Assembly: GCA_949358305.1 (NCBI GenBank)
Contig: OX442314.1
Coordinates: 18,290,001-18,354,000 of the forward strand
Origin: Strigamia acuminata
Lineage: Eukaryota
Reading direction: 5' to 3'
DNA: 64,000 nt
This document shows positions 1 to 16,544 of the stretch, in pieces. Under the pieces are notes generated by a model. It ran no database searches. It saw only the letters and a program-made list of their open reading frames with translations, and was not told the DNA's origin. Position numbers and translations under genes: made by a program. How positions within the stretch are numbered: the stretch's first letter is position 1; each line of letters begins with the position of its first letter.

Positions 1-1805
1 TCCCAAACAAATGGTAAATCTTTTCTTGTTAATGACGATAAGGGCTTGGCAATAGAAGCATAATTGGGGACAAATTTACGTAGATATCCCGTCATGCCCA
101 GAAATCTCTGAACTTCTTTCACCGTGGTGGGGGCAGGAAAACTGTCTATTGCCAAAAGTTTTAATGTGTCGGCCTTAGTGCCTTCTTTTGTAATTCTAAA
201 ACCTAAAAATTTGATTTCAGTTTGTCCAAAACGGGACTTGGTCATGCTCACGGTTAAGCCTGCATTACGTAAGAGTTGTAACACTTGCTTAACATGCTGT
301 AAATGTTCCTCCCACGTCTTGGAATAAATAATAATATCGTCTAAATAGACCAAACAGAACTGGCCGGTTACTGGGGCCAAAATTTGTTCCATCAGATTTT
401 GAAATGTGGCGGGAGCGTTACACAAGCCGAACGGCATGCGTTTAAATTGGTATTTTCCCATTGGGGTGTAAAATGACGTGATCGGTCGGCTATTGGGGTC
501 CATTTCGACCTGGTAGTATCCCTTAACGAGATCCATGGACGTAAAATATTTTGCGTCACCTAAGTATAATAACATCATGTTCAAATCTGGCATGGCGATC
601 GTATCCTGTATGGTGGCCGCATTGACCCATCTATAATCAATGCACAGACGGTAGGATCCGTCGGGTTTGGACACGATCAAGGGGTGAGACACATAAGGAC
701 TAATAGCGGCGGGTTCGATCAAGTCCAAATCGATAAGTTCTTGTACAAGGGTCTTGAGTATGTCACGCTTGGTTGGATTATACATCCGGTATGGAGATTT
801 TCGAGGATTGTCACGTAGCATAATTGTATGCTTGACTATATGAGTACGGCCGGGAGTGTCACTAAACACTGACTGGACACTTTCTAACACTGCTTTTAAT
901 AGAAGGCGTTGATCGGGCGTACAATCGGCGTTTTTAACCAACTTCTCACTCCAGTCGAGCGAACGCTCAATTTGTCGTGATAGCGAAGGAATGTCCTTGG
1001 CGTAAACTGGTGGCACTAGACAATCTTTGGGGACGCCGGGAGGGGTAAATATTGCGTCATGAGGGTCGAGGTCAGCAATCTCCTCTAAAGTAGTACTTGC
1101 ATTTACAAGCGCTTTCCTGACTGCTTTCTTCGCTTTAAATCTCTTGGAACGTAAAACCTTTAAACATTGCTTTTCTAATTTATTAATCTCTTTTTTAGTG
1201 GCATAAGGAATCGCTACATCCGGGTCGTTACCACATCTCGCCAATTGTTCGTCGGGGCGCAAGTATAGAGAGGTTTTGCGCATGAAATTGTGACCAATCG
1301 TTAAATTTGTCACCCTGGGGGGCAAAACTATGAAGGTAAAGGGTGTATGATGATTTGCCCACTGTATAGTGATGTCTACTTTGCCCACCGGCTTGTGTTT
1401 AATTCCGGGGGCAGAAATTCGCACATTCTTTTTAATTTGGCGGACAGATTCGTATTTAATGCCAAAGACAGGTAGAAGCTGCTCGCCAATAAAACAACTG
1501 GTGGCGCCAGAGTCTATTAGCGCCAAGGAGGGGACTCCATTTACGTGAACATTAATTTGGGCGTGGTCCGTAGTTGAGGATGACGCCATTGACATCAAAC
1601 GTTCTGTGAAACGTTCTTTTAAATCGTGGTGAGGCGAGGGATGGGAGGAAAAGGGAAAATCCTCCGAGCCTGCTAGAGCAAGGGACATCTTGTTAAAAGA
1701 GTTGCATAAATTTAAATCTGGGTTAAGAAGTGGGTTGTTAAATTTAATTCCGGTTTGTATTTGGGACTGAACTATTTGGGCGTCAGTCCCGGGTTTAAGT
1801 TTTTT
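1..1805 (-). CDS. pol: Pol polyprotein (aspartic protease + reverse transcriptase; partial, continues beyond window start)
   Basis: Hand translation is open from the slippery site (1799-1805) to [10 protein letters not shown] (Asp codon 1512-1514). RT motifs [14 protein letters not shown] at ~400-440 and VYLDDII at ~330-350. The frame is -1 relative to gag. Its absence from the ORF track is consistent with no stop before the window edge. Confidence 0.93.
1763..1805 (-). promoter_or_regulatory. -1 programmed ribosomal frameshift signal (A_AAA_AAC slippery heptamer + stem-loop)
   Basis: Minus strand reads A AAA AAC (1805-1799) in the gag frame, an 8-nt spacer, then GGGACTGA/TCAGTCCC as a perfect 8-bp stem (1790-1783 / 1770-1763) with the gag TAG in the loop. 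Pol is in the -1 frame. Confidence 0.85.
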
Positions 1806-3679
1806 AGAATGGGGCAGTCTTTTGCACCATGTTCCGCCTCTCGACAGAGGGGGCATTTTGCTAATTCCGCCAGCATTTTAGCAATTAAGGGATCTTCGTG
1901 TTTGCTCTTTTTAGCGTCCTGGGAATTGTGGGAATGAGAATTGGGTCGGTGTTCACGCTTTTTATTATGATCGTTATTGCCTTTAAAGGTGGGGCATTTA
2001 TTTCGAAAATGATCCTTACTTCCACAATTGAAGCAAGTTCCTTTCTCAAACCTTTTTACCTGTTGGCTGATATGATTTAACAATTCCTCACTATGTTCTT
2101 GGTTCTCGTTTTCAGATGCGTCAGAGTTTTCTGAGCTGTCTGAATCCGAAGAAGCCGATATATTATTTAAAATTTTCTTAGCAGAGTTTTTATATTTATT
2201 GTGGTGCCAGTGACGCTTGTGTTTACCGTCGTTATGCTTGACACCTTCTGAATTTTCAGATTTCTTTTCTTCCTTTGTTTCTTTGGGGGCGTCGGCTGCC
2301 TTGGCAGCTGTGGGTTTGTCATCTTTATTATCTTTAGGTTTAGATTTTGTACCTGGGGCGATGGGGTCATTGCCCACTTTGACATCGTACTTCTCCTTGT
2401 CTGCTAATACTTTCTTGTATATCCGTTCTAGATCACCTTTGTCTAAATTGTTTATTTCTAGACGGCTACGAATATCGGGGGTTGCGTAGCGTTGCATCAT
2501 TTTACGCGCAACGATTCCGTTGTACGTAGATTGCTGTCGCCAGCAGTTATAATAGCGCAACACGTAGTGATACACTGTCTCTCCTTCCTCTGCGACCTGC
2601 TCGAAGCAGAGCTCGCCTCTCTGATCTTCATTTAATCCAAATCTGTTTTGGAAAACGGTCTTAAAATCTTCCCAAACAGTGAGAGTCGGCGCGAAATCGT
2701 CATACCAGGTGGCAGCCACTCCTGTGAGGTATGAGGGAACACATTGAGTGATCGCCTCGTTAAGAGGGCAACCTTTATTTCGCGCTGCAGCGATTACAGC
2801 GTCGATAAACAAATTACATTCTGCAGGAGTGCCTTCTCCTGTGAAGCGGGGCACCTCCAAACCTTTGAAAGTGTAACGACGAGGGTCGTTCTGTGTAGAA
2901 TTTGATTGATCATTGGGGGGAGGAGTACGATCTCGCTGTCGTCGCTGATCAGCTTGGTCAGCCTGGAAGGTTGTAAAACTTGTGGCTAGCTGCCTGATAC
3001 TGTCAAACATATTAACTAACATATCATTCGAGACCGTAGAAGTACTAGAAGAATGCGAGCGGGCAGGGGACGTGTTTATTCGTCTACGAGGGTTTCCGTG
3101 CGGAGTCGAATGGTTATGTAAATTGGGGTCAATAATACGTGGTGGAGTAGTGGGTCTAGGTTGATGGGTTGGTGTGTTTCCACCAGCATTAGCTTGTTGA
3201 TTTAATGTGGCTTGTGCCTGAGCTTGGGCTAATGCTATCGCATCGGCTTGGGCTTTGGCTTGGGCATCCGTCTGAACTTTGGCTAATGCTAACGCATCGG
3301 CTTGGGCTTGGGCTTGGGCATCCGCCTGAGCTTTGGCTTGAGCATCTGCCTGAGCTTTGGCCTGAGCATCTGCCTGAGCTTTGGCCTGAGCATCTGCCTG
3401 AGCTTTGGCCTGAGCATCTGCCTGAGCTTTGGCCTGAGCATCTGCCAAAATTTGTGCAGTTCTTGCAACAAAGTCATTAATATCTACGTAACTGGCGGGG
3501 TCTATTCCCACCAACACACCAAGATTCAGGAGAGCGGGCAAATCAACTGTCTGGGCGGCGCTGAGGTCCAAAGTAACCTGCTGCCCTTGACTACCGCCGG
3601 CCTGAGGCTCGATATTACTCGAATTTAAATCACCAGGGGAAGTCACTACAGTGGGGTTCGTTTTATTACGGCCCGTCAT
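1772..3679 (-). CDS. gag: Retrotransposon Gag with Ala/Gln repeat, capsid-like region and two CCHC zinc knuckles
   Basis: ORF 1772-3697 with first ATG at 3679. Contains [10 protein letters not shown]...[12 protein letters not shown] (retrotransposon gag signature) and knuckles [14 protein letters not shown] and [14 protein letters not shown]. Confidence 0.93.
   Translation of the reverse strand: MTGRNKTNPTVVTSPGDLNSSNIEPQAGGSQGQQVTLDLSAAQTVDLPALLNLGVLVGIDPASYVDINDFVARTAQILADAQAKAQADAQAKAQADAQAKAQADAQAKAQADAQAKAQADAQAQAQADALALAKVQTDAQAKAQADAIALAQAQAQATLNQQANAGGNTPTHQPRPTTPPRIIDPNLHNHSTPHGNPRRRINTSPARSHSSSTSTVSNDMLVNMFDSIRQLATSFTTFQADQADQRRQRDRTPPPNDQSNSTQNDPRRYTFKGLEVPRFTGEGTPAECNLFIDAVIAAARNKGCPLNEAITQCVPSYLTGVAATWYDDFAPTLTVWEDFKTVFQNRFGLNEDQRGELCFEQVAEEGETVYHYVLRYYNCWRQQSTYNGIVARKMMQRYATPDIRSRLEINNLDKGDLERIYKKVLADKEKYDVKVGNDPIAPGTKSKPKDNKDDKPTAAKAADAPKETKEEKKSENSEGVKHNDGKHKRHWHHNKYKNSAKKILNNISASSDSDSSENSDASENENQEHSEELLNHISQQVKRFEKGTCFNCGSKDHFRNKCPTFKGNNDHNKKREHRPNSHSHNSQDAKKSKHEDPLIAKMLAELAKCPLCREAEHGAKDCPILKNLNPGLTPK
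3205..3445. repeat. 24-bp coding tandem repeat in gag (AQAKAQAD)n
   Basis: Unit CTGAGCATCTGCCTGAGCTTTGGC is near-perfect at ~3325-3445, with degenerate copies down to ~3205. Confidence 0.95.
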
Positions 3680-4895
3680 TATTACCACGGATGTCAAAAT
3701 TTAAGCTTTCAAATAATTATTTAAAACACTTTCCTTCCTCTTCTTGAATTATTTCTGATATTCTCAGAAAACTCAAGCGATAAATGGATCAAGTCTAAAA
3801 TTGATCGGTACACAATGGAATTCCTAAATTCAAGCGAATTCAAGAAGCTTATGATTCTAGTGCAAAATATCAAAACGTCTCAACAATACTAACAATTACT
3901 TTTCTCGTGATAGAAAATGTCAAAATGAAATTTGCCTACCGTCGGTGGAGAGTTCGAATCGGATTTCGGGAGTCGTCTAAAGTTTGCAGTGTTTCAGCTT
4001 TTCAGGGAAGTGGTCGTCTGGTACACGTGGGTATGCAGAAGAAGTACTTCGAGAAGTGAACAGAATCGAGGGAAAACTAGGGTTTTATAACTTTGATATT
4101 TACAAAGGAAATAATTATTTGGCAGACATAGGATTATGTTAATGGCAATAATTGCCTGTCTGGCGACGTTGAGTCGGCACAGGGAAAGTTTGGCATAAAG
4201 GACAGGAACTTGAAACAATAGGGATTAGGTTTCACAAGATGGTGCTACAAATTTTTAGTTAGAGCAATTATCCAGAAATATGTTTGAAGTTTGAAGAATG
4301 TAAGGTTTCAAGATGTTAATCCAATTTAATTATTGAACATAAGAGAAGAAATTAATTTTAATGTCGATTTGTTAGGAAATATAATTTTATTTTTAATTCT
4401 AATATTTATTTTTATGAAAAGCAAAGAATGTGAAAGTAAATGTCAGGAGAATCCTTTATCAAAAGAATCCTTGAAAGTAGTTATGGGGAAATGAGTATTT
4501 ATTCATAGTGAAATGTTTAATTTGTAGAGTATTTTTAGTTTGTATAATTGGTTAAAGCTGGGGTCTTTGACTTGTAAACCCAGTAGGTGGTTGAGGGGTG
4601 AGCAGCAAAGAAGGAAGGGGAAAGGTCGTTAAGTGGTAGCCTTAGGCTGGCTGACCAACATCTGTTCCTTGGCACACTTCAACCTATTTTTTACACACAC
4701 TGAAAAATACACTTTATACACAAATTAATACACAAAACCCATAAATTTAGATTTTAAAACACTATAATTAATGAAAACATTTAAGACTCTTTGATTTTCA
4801 AACAAAAATCAAATATCATATTTTCGCAATTTTTCAAAATTGCACCAGATTGATCTATCAATTTGAATATGCAAATTAACTACTTAATTATGCAC

Positions 4896-4913
4896 ATCCT
4901 GTCGCGGACGCCA
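4896..4913 (-). promoter_or_regulatory. Primer-binding site, probably tRNA-Arg-like
   Basis: TGGCGTCCGCGACAGGAT starts 2 nt after the LTR 3' CA on the minus strand. TGG is complementary to tRNA CCA. It resembles the complement of the arthropod tRNA-Arg(TCG) 3' end as recalled (TGGCGACCGTGACAGGAT), with 2 mismatches. Confidence 0.75.
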
Positions 4914-4915
4914 CT

Positions 4916-7048
4916 TGTGACGGAATAAACTTAGGCATGGATATATAATTAGTATAATATGAAGGAATAACTAAGGGGTAAAGTTAGGCTGTACTGCAAT
5001 GGCAATTACAGTAAGGCGGGAAAGGAATCTCTTGAGTGACGTGAGTCACTTGAGAGGTAAAGGGGGTCGCTGGCAAGTGACCACAAATAATCTAGAGGCT
5101 AGACAGGTATAAAACAGTGAGATAACATAAATAAATGGAGAATAAATATCTGACTTCGTGAAATATGCGACATATAAATTGATAGATGAATGTAGGTAAC
5201 TATGAATAATATTGAGCCAACACAAGTGTGTAAACTATAATAAAGCTAATTTATTAGCGAGTCCAAATGATCATTAAACCATAATCCAAAATACATACAT
5301 ATATACAAATACACAAGCGCTATAAACAAGGCCTCCAATAATCATTGGGGTAATACAAAGACATATCAAAAGGTAAATACGCTGACAAAACTAGAGCATT
5401 GGGAGGCATGAGGAATTCATGGCCCAAGGCAAAAGGGGGACTTGAACAGGAGTGAAAGAGAAGCGCTCTTTTAATTACGCTGAAACTGTAGTTTAAGGGG
5501 ATTAAAAGGGGACATTTAAAATGGCGGCTCAATCGAGGCTTTGATTGCAATTCGGTTCGGTGTGGCTTTAATAACGATGTCGTCACAAATAATGCATTGA
5601 CTTTGAAGAAAGCCAATGCTGCCTAAAACTTAATTGTTCAATTAAAGCAAGATCTAAAACAAGAGTGTAAACTCTTGATTAAGCGGTTTGGTGGGTGAAA
5701 GACCCAAGAGTTGGCTATGAGAATGGCAACATGTCATTGAATAGGCCTAACCAAGAGTAGAGCAGTTCTGCTAAACCAGAGGTTCACATTGACTGGATAC
5801 ATCATTTAATGGCTAGGTTCTTGGCTAACAAGTGCAAGGGGTTTGTGAGCGAGTGCTCGAGACAGAGAAAGACAACTACACATATTTAGGTGTAACTCAG
5901 ATTGCTCTGAGTTCAAATGTCTATGCGTAACAACTTTCAGGAGAAGGCTGACTAGCGCATTTAGGACTAAGCATAAATGCAAAGTAATGCTACGCCATTG
6001 AGAACCAGAGGTTAAGGTAAGGGAAGTTACTATTAAATTAATAGCAAGTTCTTATAGCAAGTAGAAGGATTGATTGACTAACAATGGACAACAAAAGGAC
6101 TAAGCCGAACTAATAAATCTCCCTCAACTTAGCAACAATTGACCACTTCAATGGAAATCCACTGAAGTAATTCTAATTACCAATTTGAGAGCAATAAATG
6201 AAATAAGGCTTACCAGTACTTTGATTCCGCGGTCCAGGGTCATTGAATCCAGTGTCAAAAGGGTTGTGGAATTTTGGCGGGAAAATCCACCAACAAAGCC
6301 AGGGCGGCAAAGTTGGAGTAGAGGCAACAAAACCTATCTTTTCTCCTTCATCTTCACCTCCATTGCCATCCTACTTCCCCCAGCTGTCAACTGCAGGAAG
6401 TTTTACATCTCAACCCAGTAATCGAATACCAAATAGGCTCGGATGTTGCTCGTAGGGCAACCAACTAAAGCGAGATAGTGCGTCAAAACCTTGACGCACA
6501 ACATAAGTCAAAGCCAAAGGCAAGAACAAAATGTGTAAAGTCAAAATATATGGGCAAAATCTCTGTAGGAAGCCTTGAACAAAGCTTATATAGACAAACC
6601 AAACAACACCTCATTGGAATGGAACCAATGGGGTAAATAGACCAATGACAAATGAGAGCTATCTCACTAGCATGAAGCGGGAAAGCTTCACAAAGCAAAT
6701 ACCTCATCAGAATGTAAACAAGGAGGAGTGCATAAGGGGTCAAGAGTTCTCTTGGCCTTTGTAAGGTCACTCTCTCTAATGCTTAGAAACAACACAAGGG
6801 GAAGTAAACAACATAGTCGCTCAGTCTTGGCTTCACTGTATAGTGACTCATCCAAGATGGCGACTGGTGCAATAACACACTATAAACTGTAAGAAAATGC
6901 TTATGGCCGTGAGCCAGTGGCTCACTTATAGCGCCTAGGACTCATATAATATAAAAGTAAATTAAAGAATTCAACTTAAAACCTTGAATTAAATATAAAT
7001 AGTTTTATTTATCTTTAACCAAAACTACGGTATTTTGGTACCGTCACA
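4916..7048 (-). repeat. 5' long terminal repeat (~2133 bp)
   Basis: Bounded by the 8-bp inverted repeats TGTGACGG (4916) and CCGTCACA (7041-7048) and abuts the PBS. The partner LTR is outside the window, so identity cannot be confirmed. Confidence 0.8.
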
Positions 7049-7761
7049 AATTTATGTTATGACATTATAAAGCCAATCATATTTTAAGCTTACGCCTCTC
7101 TGCTAGCCAAGTATGTCCTACTACTGTCCATTCTCAGTGACATACCGTCAGTGCTGCAATTCCTGAAGTGATTATATAAAAACAGTGAATTGTAAGTGAA
7201 GGAATTATCAGCTCGTTATTTGCGTTTCATGTCAATATAAATATCATCATTCTTTTCCTTATCAGTTTGTTTTTAGCTAGAATTTTTTTACCTATTTTGA
7301 TATGCTTCTTGGAAACACTCGCTGCAGCAGTAGTGTTAGTTGACTTGACCCATTACCATGTAGTGAGGTACTGAAGCAAAATTAGCACCCTCTGATGCCA
7401 CGAAACTGGCAAATTGCCCATTCCCATATTGTGATATACGTTTACCACTTCCTTGAATGATGAGGTATTTTTATCATTTTTTTCCTGTTTGTATGTATTT
7501 TGAAATGAATTATTGCAATTATTTAATTTTGCAGTGTAAAACGATACTTTAGCGATGTTTCTGCTGGTATATTGACAAATGCACCGACCTTGACTAATGT
7601 TAGTTGATAATTATTTTATTTTATAATTTGTTTGATCTTTTTACTACAAACTTTACAAGTTCAGGTCAAATAATTTAGTACCATAAGCACGTATAATACA
7701 AGCTATAAAATATTTATTTTTTTTAAATAAATAAATAAATAAAACCTAAAAAAAAGGTTGA

Positions 7762-9613
7762 TTAATCACGTATAGGTTTAGATTTCAAGGAATTTAAAGC
7801 TTGTTGGAGATCTTGAATTACAATATCAATTTCACTTTTGCTCGTTTCTCTTCCCACACTTAACCTAAGTGCATTTGCTGCTAGTGTTTGTCCCACTCCA
7901 GATGCAAGAAGCACGAAGGAAATACTAATTGAAATTTACATTTGATTACATACATTGATAAAGTTATTTTCTGAATACCGTAATATATTTTTATTTACTT
8001 TGCTTTGGAGTGGCAAGCTGCTCCAACACTCGCTTCTAGACGGCGACAAGCACTTAACACTTTGGATCCTTCTAATCCGTGTCCAATAAATGATACATTA
8101 CAAGTATTGGCCAATGTAAGCGGGAAATTGTTGTTGAGGTGAATTTTCTGTCCAAATTTAGCCTGTTAAGTTACACAAGAGAATAACTGATATCAGATAA
8201 AATTATTCATTTAATTTATCTTTTTTTATTGCAACCTTCAATTGAAATTGAAGATAATCTCTAATTTCCTTCATGTGTTTAGCATAAATGTCTAAATTGT
8301 CAAAAACAAGTTGGGCTGCCTAAATATGCAATTTTACTTTGAATCACCTAAAATTTAATGAATGAATTTCATTTCCATTCTTACTTTGCCAAGTCCCGCA
8401 ATCATGGCTACATTTTCCGTCCTGCCATAAATAATTCAGTAAGAATATAATCAATTTCAGATTATTAAACATTACACGAACCCTGGTCTCAGTCGTCTCT
8501 CCTGTCCACCTCCATAAAACAAAGGCATGACGGGTGTTTCTTTACCAGGCTGACGTGCATAAAGAGCTCCTATTCTGGGTCCATAAAACTACGATAATAA
8601 TTCATTACAAATCAAGTGTGTCATGATCATGAAATTCTCTCAAATACCTTATGTCCTACGACGGTAAGATAATCAACCTGTAAATCACGTACACTGACAG
8701 GCATTTTACCTATGGCTTGGGCTGCATCGGTGTGGGTTAATATGCGATGTAAACATTGTCTCGATTGATTTAGTTCGTTGATTCGTTGGCATATTTTGTC
8801 TACTGGCTGAATTGCACCCGTTTCGTTGTTTGCCAGCATAACAGTTACCAAACAAGTATTACGCCGAATTTCATTTAATACATCATCAGTGTCCACGGAA
8901 CCCGTGATTCCTGAGACAGGAACGAATGAAACATCTGAAAAGTTTTTTTTAGAACGTTGAATTAATTTAAGAAAATTAATCGGGGATTTTTTAACCATTT
9001 TTTTCCCGCGTTACCGTACCAATTTTTTTCTCAAGTGATAATTTTTCAAGTGGAATTCTAATTGAATCATGTTCGATGTTGGTAGTGATAATATGAGGTC
9101 TTCCAATGGTTTGATTGGTTATAATTGACCCGTCCTCCTGCGCTCTTAATTGTTCATAAAAATAGTCAATACTTATCTGTACGATCCAATTATTGACTTC
9201 GGTGCCTCCAGATGCAAATATAATGTCTAAGAAAATCAAATGAATTAGTATGTCGTGAATTATTGTGCAATTTACTACCATTTGCATTTGCGTCTATCAT
9301 TCGAGCAACATCTTGCCGCGCTTGTGTAATAACTGTAGCAGCTTTTTGACCTATGTTACCGAAGAGATAACGAGGTTTACAACTTGCTTATCTGATGTAG
9401 TAAAGAGAGATCATCTTTCGGTACCGGATTTGTGACTACTTCCGGGATTGGCCCAGGCGTTCTTTAAAGTTCTAGTTATTTCGTCCAAAACTGAAGGATC
9501 GAGAGGAGTTGTGGCATTGTAATCGAGGTACACACTGAAAAATAAAATTAATGAATGAAAAATACCGTATCAATTGTTCAATCGTAAATTAAATATTGTT
9601 CTCACCGATTCAT
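7762..9613 (-). CDS. SCLY: Selenocysteine lyase (class V PLP enzyme), multi-exon
   Basis: Spliced translation gives [62 protein letters not shown] and catalytic [12 protein letters not shown] and GAACHS match SCLY rather than NFS1. Stop TAA at 7762-7764. Confidence 0.9.
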
Positions 9614-10019
9614 TTCCGCTGTGATGCTTGGTAAAGGTTACATGCAGGAGGACGTCATCGAATTATTTCGGGAAGTGGAAAAGGATTTTATCCGGAGCTG
9701 GCATTTACCGGCGAATTCTTAAGTATTGTACACCACGAAACTGGTACTAGAGGGCGCTCAAACACTATAGAGAAACACAAAAACGACAGCTTTTTCTTCT
9801 TCGCAACTGACACCGTACTCGGTGGCTAAACTGTAAAGCTCCCACAGAATAATTTGCATGTTAGAGTAGTTAATAGATTAAAATAATTATTAGTATTGAA
9901 ACGAAGCTGCAATTGAATAAATATTAATTTTATTATGCAATATATTAGTTACATAATTCTTATGCGTTTCGTTTATATAGAAAAAATATATGTATAAAAC
10001 AAAATTTGACAACTCAGTG

Positions 10020-13628
<3,609 letters not shown>

Positions 13629-13936
13629 CGTCGAATTTAGGATGTAACGATTACTAGGAAACTTCGTAACAAGAAAGCTATCAGATGCGTACTTCGACTT
13701 GCCATTTTGTTTACACTGGTGAGTCGACCACTGGCGGCAGTTGTTTCAAACATACGGCATCGTTCTGTTTCTAGACAAGCATGCTTGGTTCGTGATTGGT
13801 TGTTTACGATCACCTAGTGTTTCGAGCACTGTTTGGTATTTGGAAGACTACAAAGATTGTGAGCAAATTATAAATCTCTATTATTATTTTATTAAACTAA
13901 ATTCAAAGTGTGATGAAAAATATTATTTTAGATACA

Positions 13937-15996
13937 ATGCCTCAAGGATCAGCAGGTGTGAAGGAAAGAGAAACTTTATACAGATTAATAATCAGGTATT
14001 ATTTTGATTTGCAAGGGAGGAGTAAATATAAATGTAATTTTGATGTTGTTTTTCTTAGTCAGCTGTTTTATGATGGGCATCAAACGTTAGCCGTAAGCTT
14101 GTCAAATTTAGTAAAAGCACACCCAGCATGTTCACCATCTGATCGCCTTTTACATGTTGTAAATATGGGCTTACGTATCGAAGAAGGTAAATAGGCTCTT
14201 TGTGGACTAAATTACTATAAGTAATTAGTGTCCATATTTGCACCTATTCGATGGTATTTTTAATTTTTTAATTTTTTTTTTCAAGATCAAGTGGAAAAAC
14301 AAAAATTGAATTCGAACGTAATGCCAGGAATTGGGATTGATTTGGAATACGAAACAGATGGTAAAGTGACGAGGAGATTGCAATGAATAAAACAAGTTGT
14401 AGTAAATTATTTATGTTGGTATTATTATTTTTTTCAATTATTTGTGTTTAGTTACTTCGAATGCTCCTGAACCAGCATTATACGAAACCTGTTACGTCAC
14501 ATCTCACAAAGCTCAGTGCAGAGCTGGGGCTTTTAGTTCAGATGGTCAGCTAGTTGCAACGGGGTCAGTCGATGCTTCAATCAAGGTATTTTAGTGTGAT
14601 GAAAGAAACTCATTAAAATTAGTGGATAAATACATTTTATTTAGATTTTAGATGTTGATCGTATGTTGGCAAAAAGCTCGCAACCCGCTGAAATGACAGC
14701 TCAGGAATCTGCCCAACAAAATATGGAATCACATCCAGTTATAAGAACTTTATACGACCACATCGAAGTAATGTCTTCAAATTGTCATTTTTATTATTAG
14801 TATTATTTTTTTTATTTATAAATTATGCTTACAATACTCTTTGATTATTTAGGAAGTCACGTGTTTAGAATTTCATCCGCAGCAGCAGATTTTAGCTTCT
14901 GGAAGCAGAGATTTCACTGTCAAATTTTTTGATTACTCAAAACCATCAGTGAAAAGGGCTTTTAAAACAATTCACGTACAAAATAAAATACACTCACATA
15001 AATGAGAAATATAAAAATATTTTGTTGTATTAGGAAGCTGAAGTCGTGCGGGCATTATCGTTTCATCCATCTGGCGATTTCATCGTGGTAGGGACACAAC
15101 ACGCAACTTGTAAGCAACTTCTTATGTGTAATTAATAAACTTGTAACGGTGAATAATAAATTAAGTTATTTTAAGTACGGTTGTATGACGTAAATACGAG
15201 TCAATGTTTCGTGTCATCCATACCCGAAGATCAACACAAAGGACCGATCACAGCTGTAAAATATGACTACGAAGCAATCCATATTCGAATTTACTAATTT
15301 AAAAAATATCCATTTGTAGGCAAAGTATTCACCAAATGCAAATATGTATGTCACCAGTTCTAAAGATGGTGATATCAAAATTTGGGATGGAGTTAGCAAT
15401 AAATGTGTTAATACTTTCACCCAAGCTCACGATGGGCACGAAGTTTGCTCGGTGTTGTTTTCCAGGAATTCAAAGGTTTGTAATTGTATTCAGTTGATTT
15501 TTTTACTCTGTTTATTGAAATGATATAATGTTCGTTCAGTATGTGTTATCAAGTGGAAAAGATTCTTTAGTAAAGTTGTGGGAGCTGGCGACTAGTAGAT
15601 GTCTTATAGCTTACACAGGTGCAGGAGCAACTGGAAAACAGTCACACAGAACTCAAGCTGTGTTTAATCATACAGAAGATTACGGTCAGTATTGGATAAT
15701 TATTCATTAATTCGTTCCATTATATGTTTAATTATTTTAATAGTTATGTTTCCGGATGAAAAAACAACCAGTTTGTGTTGTTGGGACTCCCGCAATGCAG
15801 CACGAAAGCAGTTGTTGTCACTGGGTTCGTAAATCAAACTAATTTTTCTAGGTTTTTTTTTTTATACTTTTTTTTTATTTTAGGACATAATAATGTGGTT
15901 CGTTGTATAATTCATTCCCCAACTGGACCGGCTTTCCTTACTTGCAGCGACGACTTCCGAGCAAGATTTTGGTATAAACGAGCACTGTCTGATTGA
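13937..15996 (+). CDS. CSTF1: Cleavage stimulation factor 50 kDa subunit (WD40), multi-exon
   Basis: [58 protein letters not shown] repeats, ending [14 protein letters not shown]. Confidence 0.95.
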
Positions 15997-16544
15997 AGTA
16001 CATTTACATGTATCTAATAACTGCATTAAATTACCGATTAAATTGTGTAACTAACTATAATTGTCTTATTCTCAATTGATATCAATTGAATCTAAAAAAA
16101 AAATCTTCATATGGAAAATAAAATTGTCTTTTGGTGGAGAGTGGAGACCGAAGTGACTGAAGCGCCTCGTGTGGCAGAAAGTAAAATAAATCTTTTTTCT
16201 TTACACAAACTAATAAAATTAATGTACGAGTTTTTAAATGGAATAAACCGAGAAAAATAAAGAATTTTTTTTGCATTATCAATGAAGAAGTTGCGTTTAT
16301 TAAATATATATATTTTTAATTTTACGTTTACATCATATCCGTTCTTGATATGGACGACTTGACGAGTGCGAAATGCCAACAAGCCTTGGCAAGTTGGTCG
16401 GAGAAAATCTGAGCGGAGTGATAGCCGAGATCTGATGGGACTGAGCCAAATCTCGGAGCATTTCAAAGACTTTTTCTTTATTCGGTCGATGATCCAGCTG
16501 ATCGCTTTCATCATAAATTCCTGATGCAGTGTGACATTCGAAGT

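Larger units (their letters stand above)
1..7048 (-). mobile_element. Ty3/Gypsy-type LTR retrotransposon, 5' part (LTR-PBS-leader-gag-pol; truncated by the window start)
   Basis: Minus-strand order is LTR (TG...CA ends), PBS, ~1.2 kb leader, gag with two CCHC knuckles, then pol with protease (LIDSGA) before RT ([20 protein letters not shown]). Protease directly followed by RT fits Ty3/Gypsy, not Copia. Confidence 0.95.

Noticed and set aside
3205..3628. Repetitive ORFs in other frames ([24 protein letters not shown])
   Set aside because: Shadow translations of the 24-bp gag repeat.
6148..6770. Short ORFs inside the LTR, and a minus-strand CTGATGAG hammerhead-like core at ~6703
   Set aside because: No recognisable domains. 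No GAAA partner or flanking stems for a hammerhead.
7090..7610. Exon-like GC-richer patches with a GT..AG pair between the LTR and SCLY
   Set aside because: Stops in all frames tried and no recognisable product. May be decayed sequence or UTR.
7762..9613. Annotation as cysteine desulfurase NFS1, or a nearby selenoprotein/SECIS
   Set aside because: Motifs match SCLY and there is no mitochondrial presequence. No in-frame TGA in a conserved ORF and no convincing SECIS was seen.
15256..15319. Apparent AT-starting (non-canonical) intron in CSTF1
   Set aside because: A canonical GCT|GTAAAA...tag|GCA AAG TAT junction keeps frame and length.
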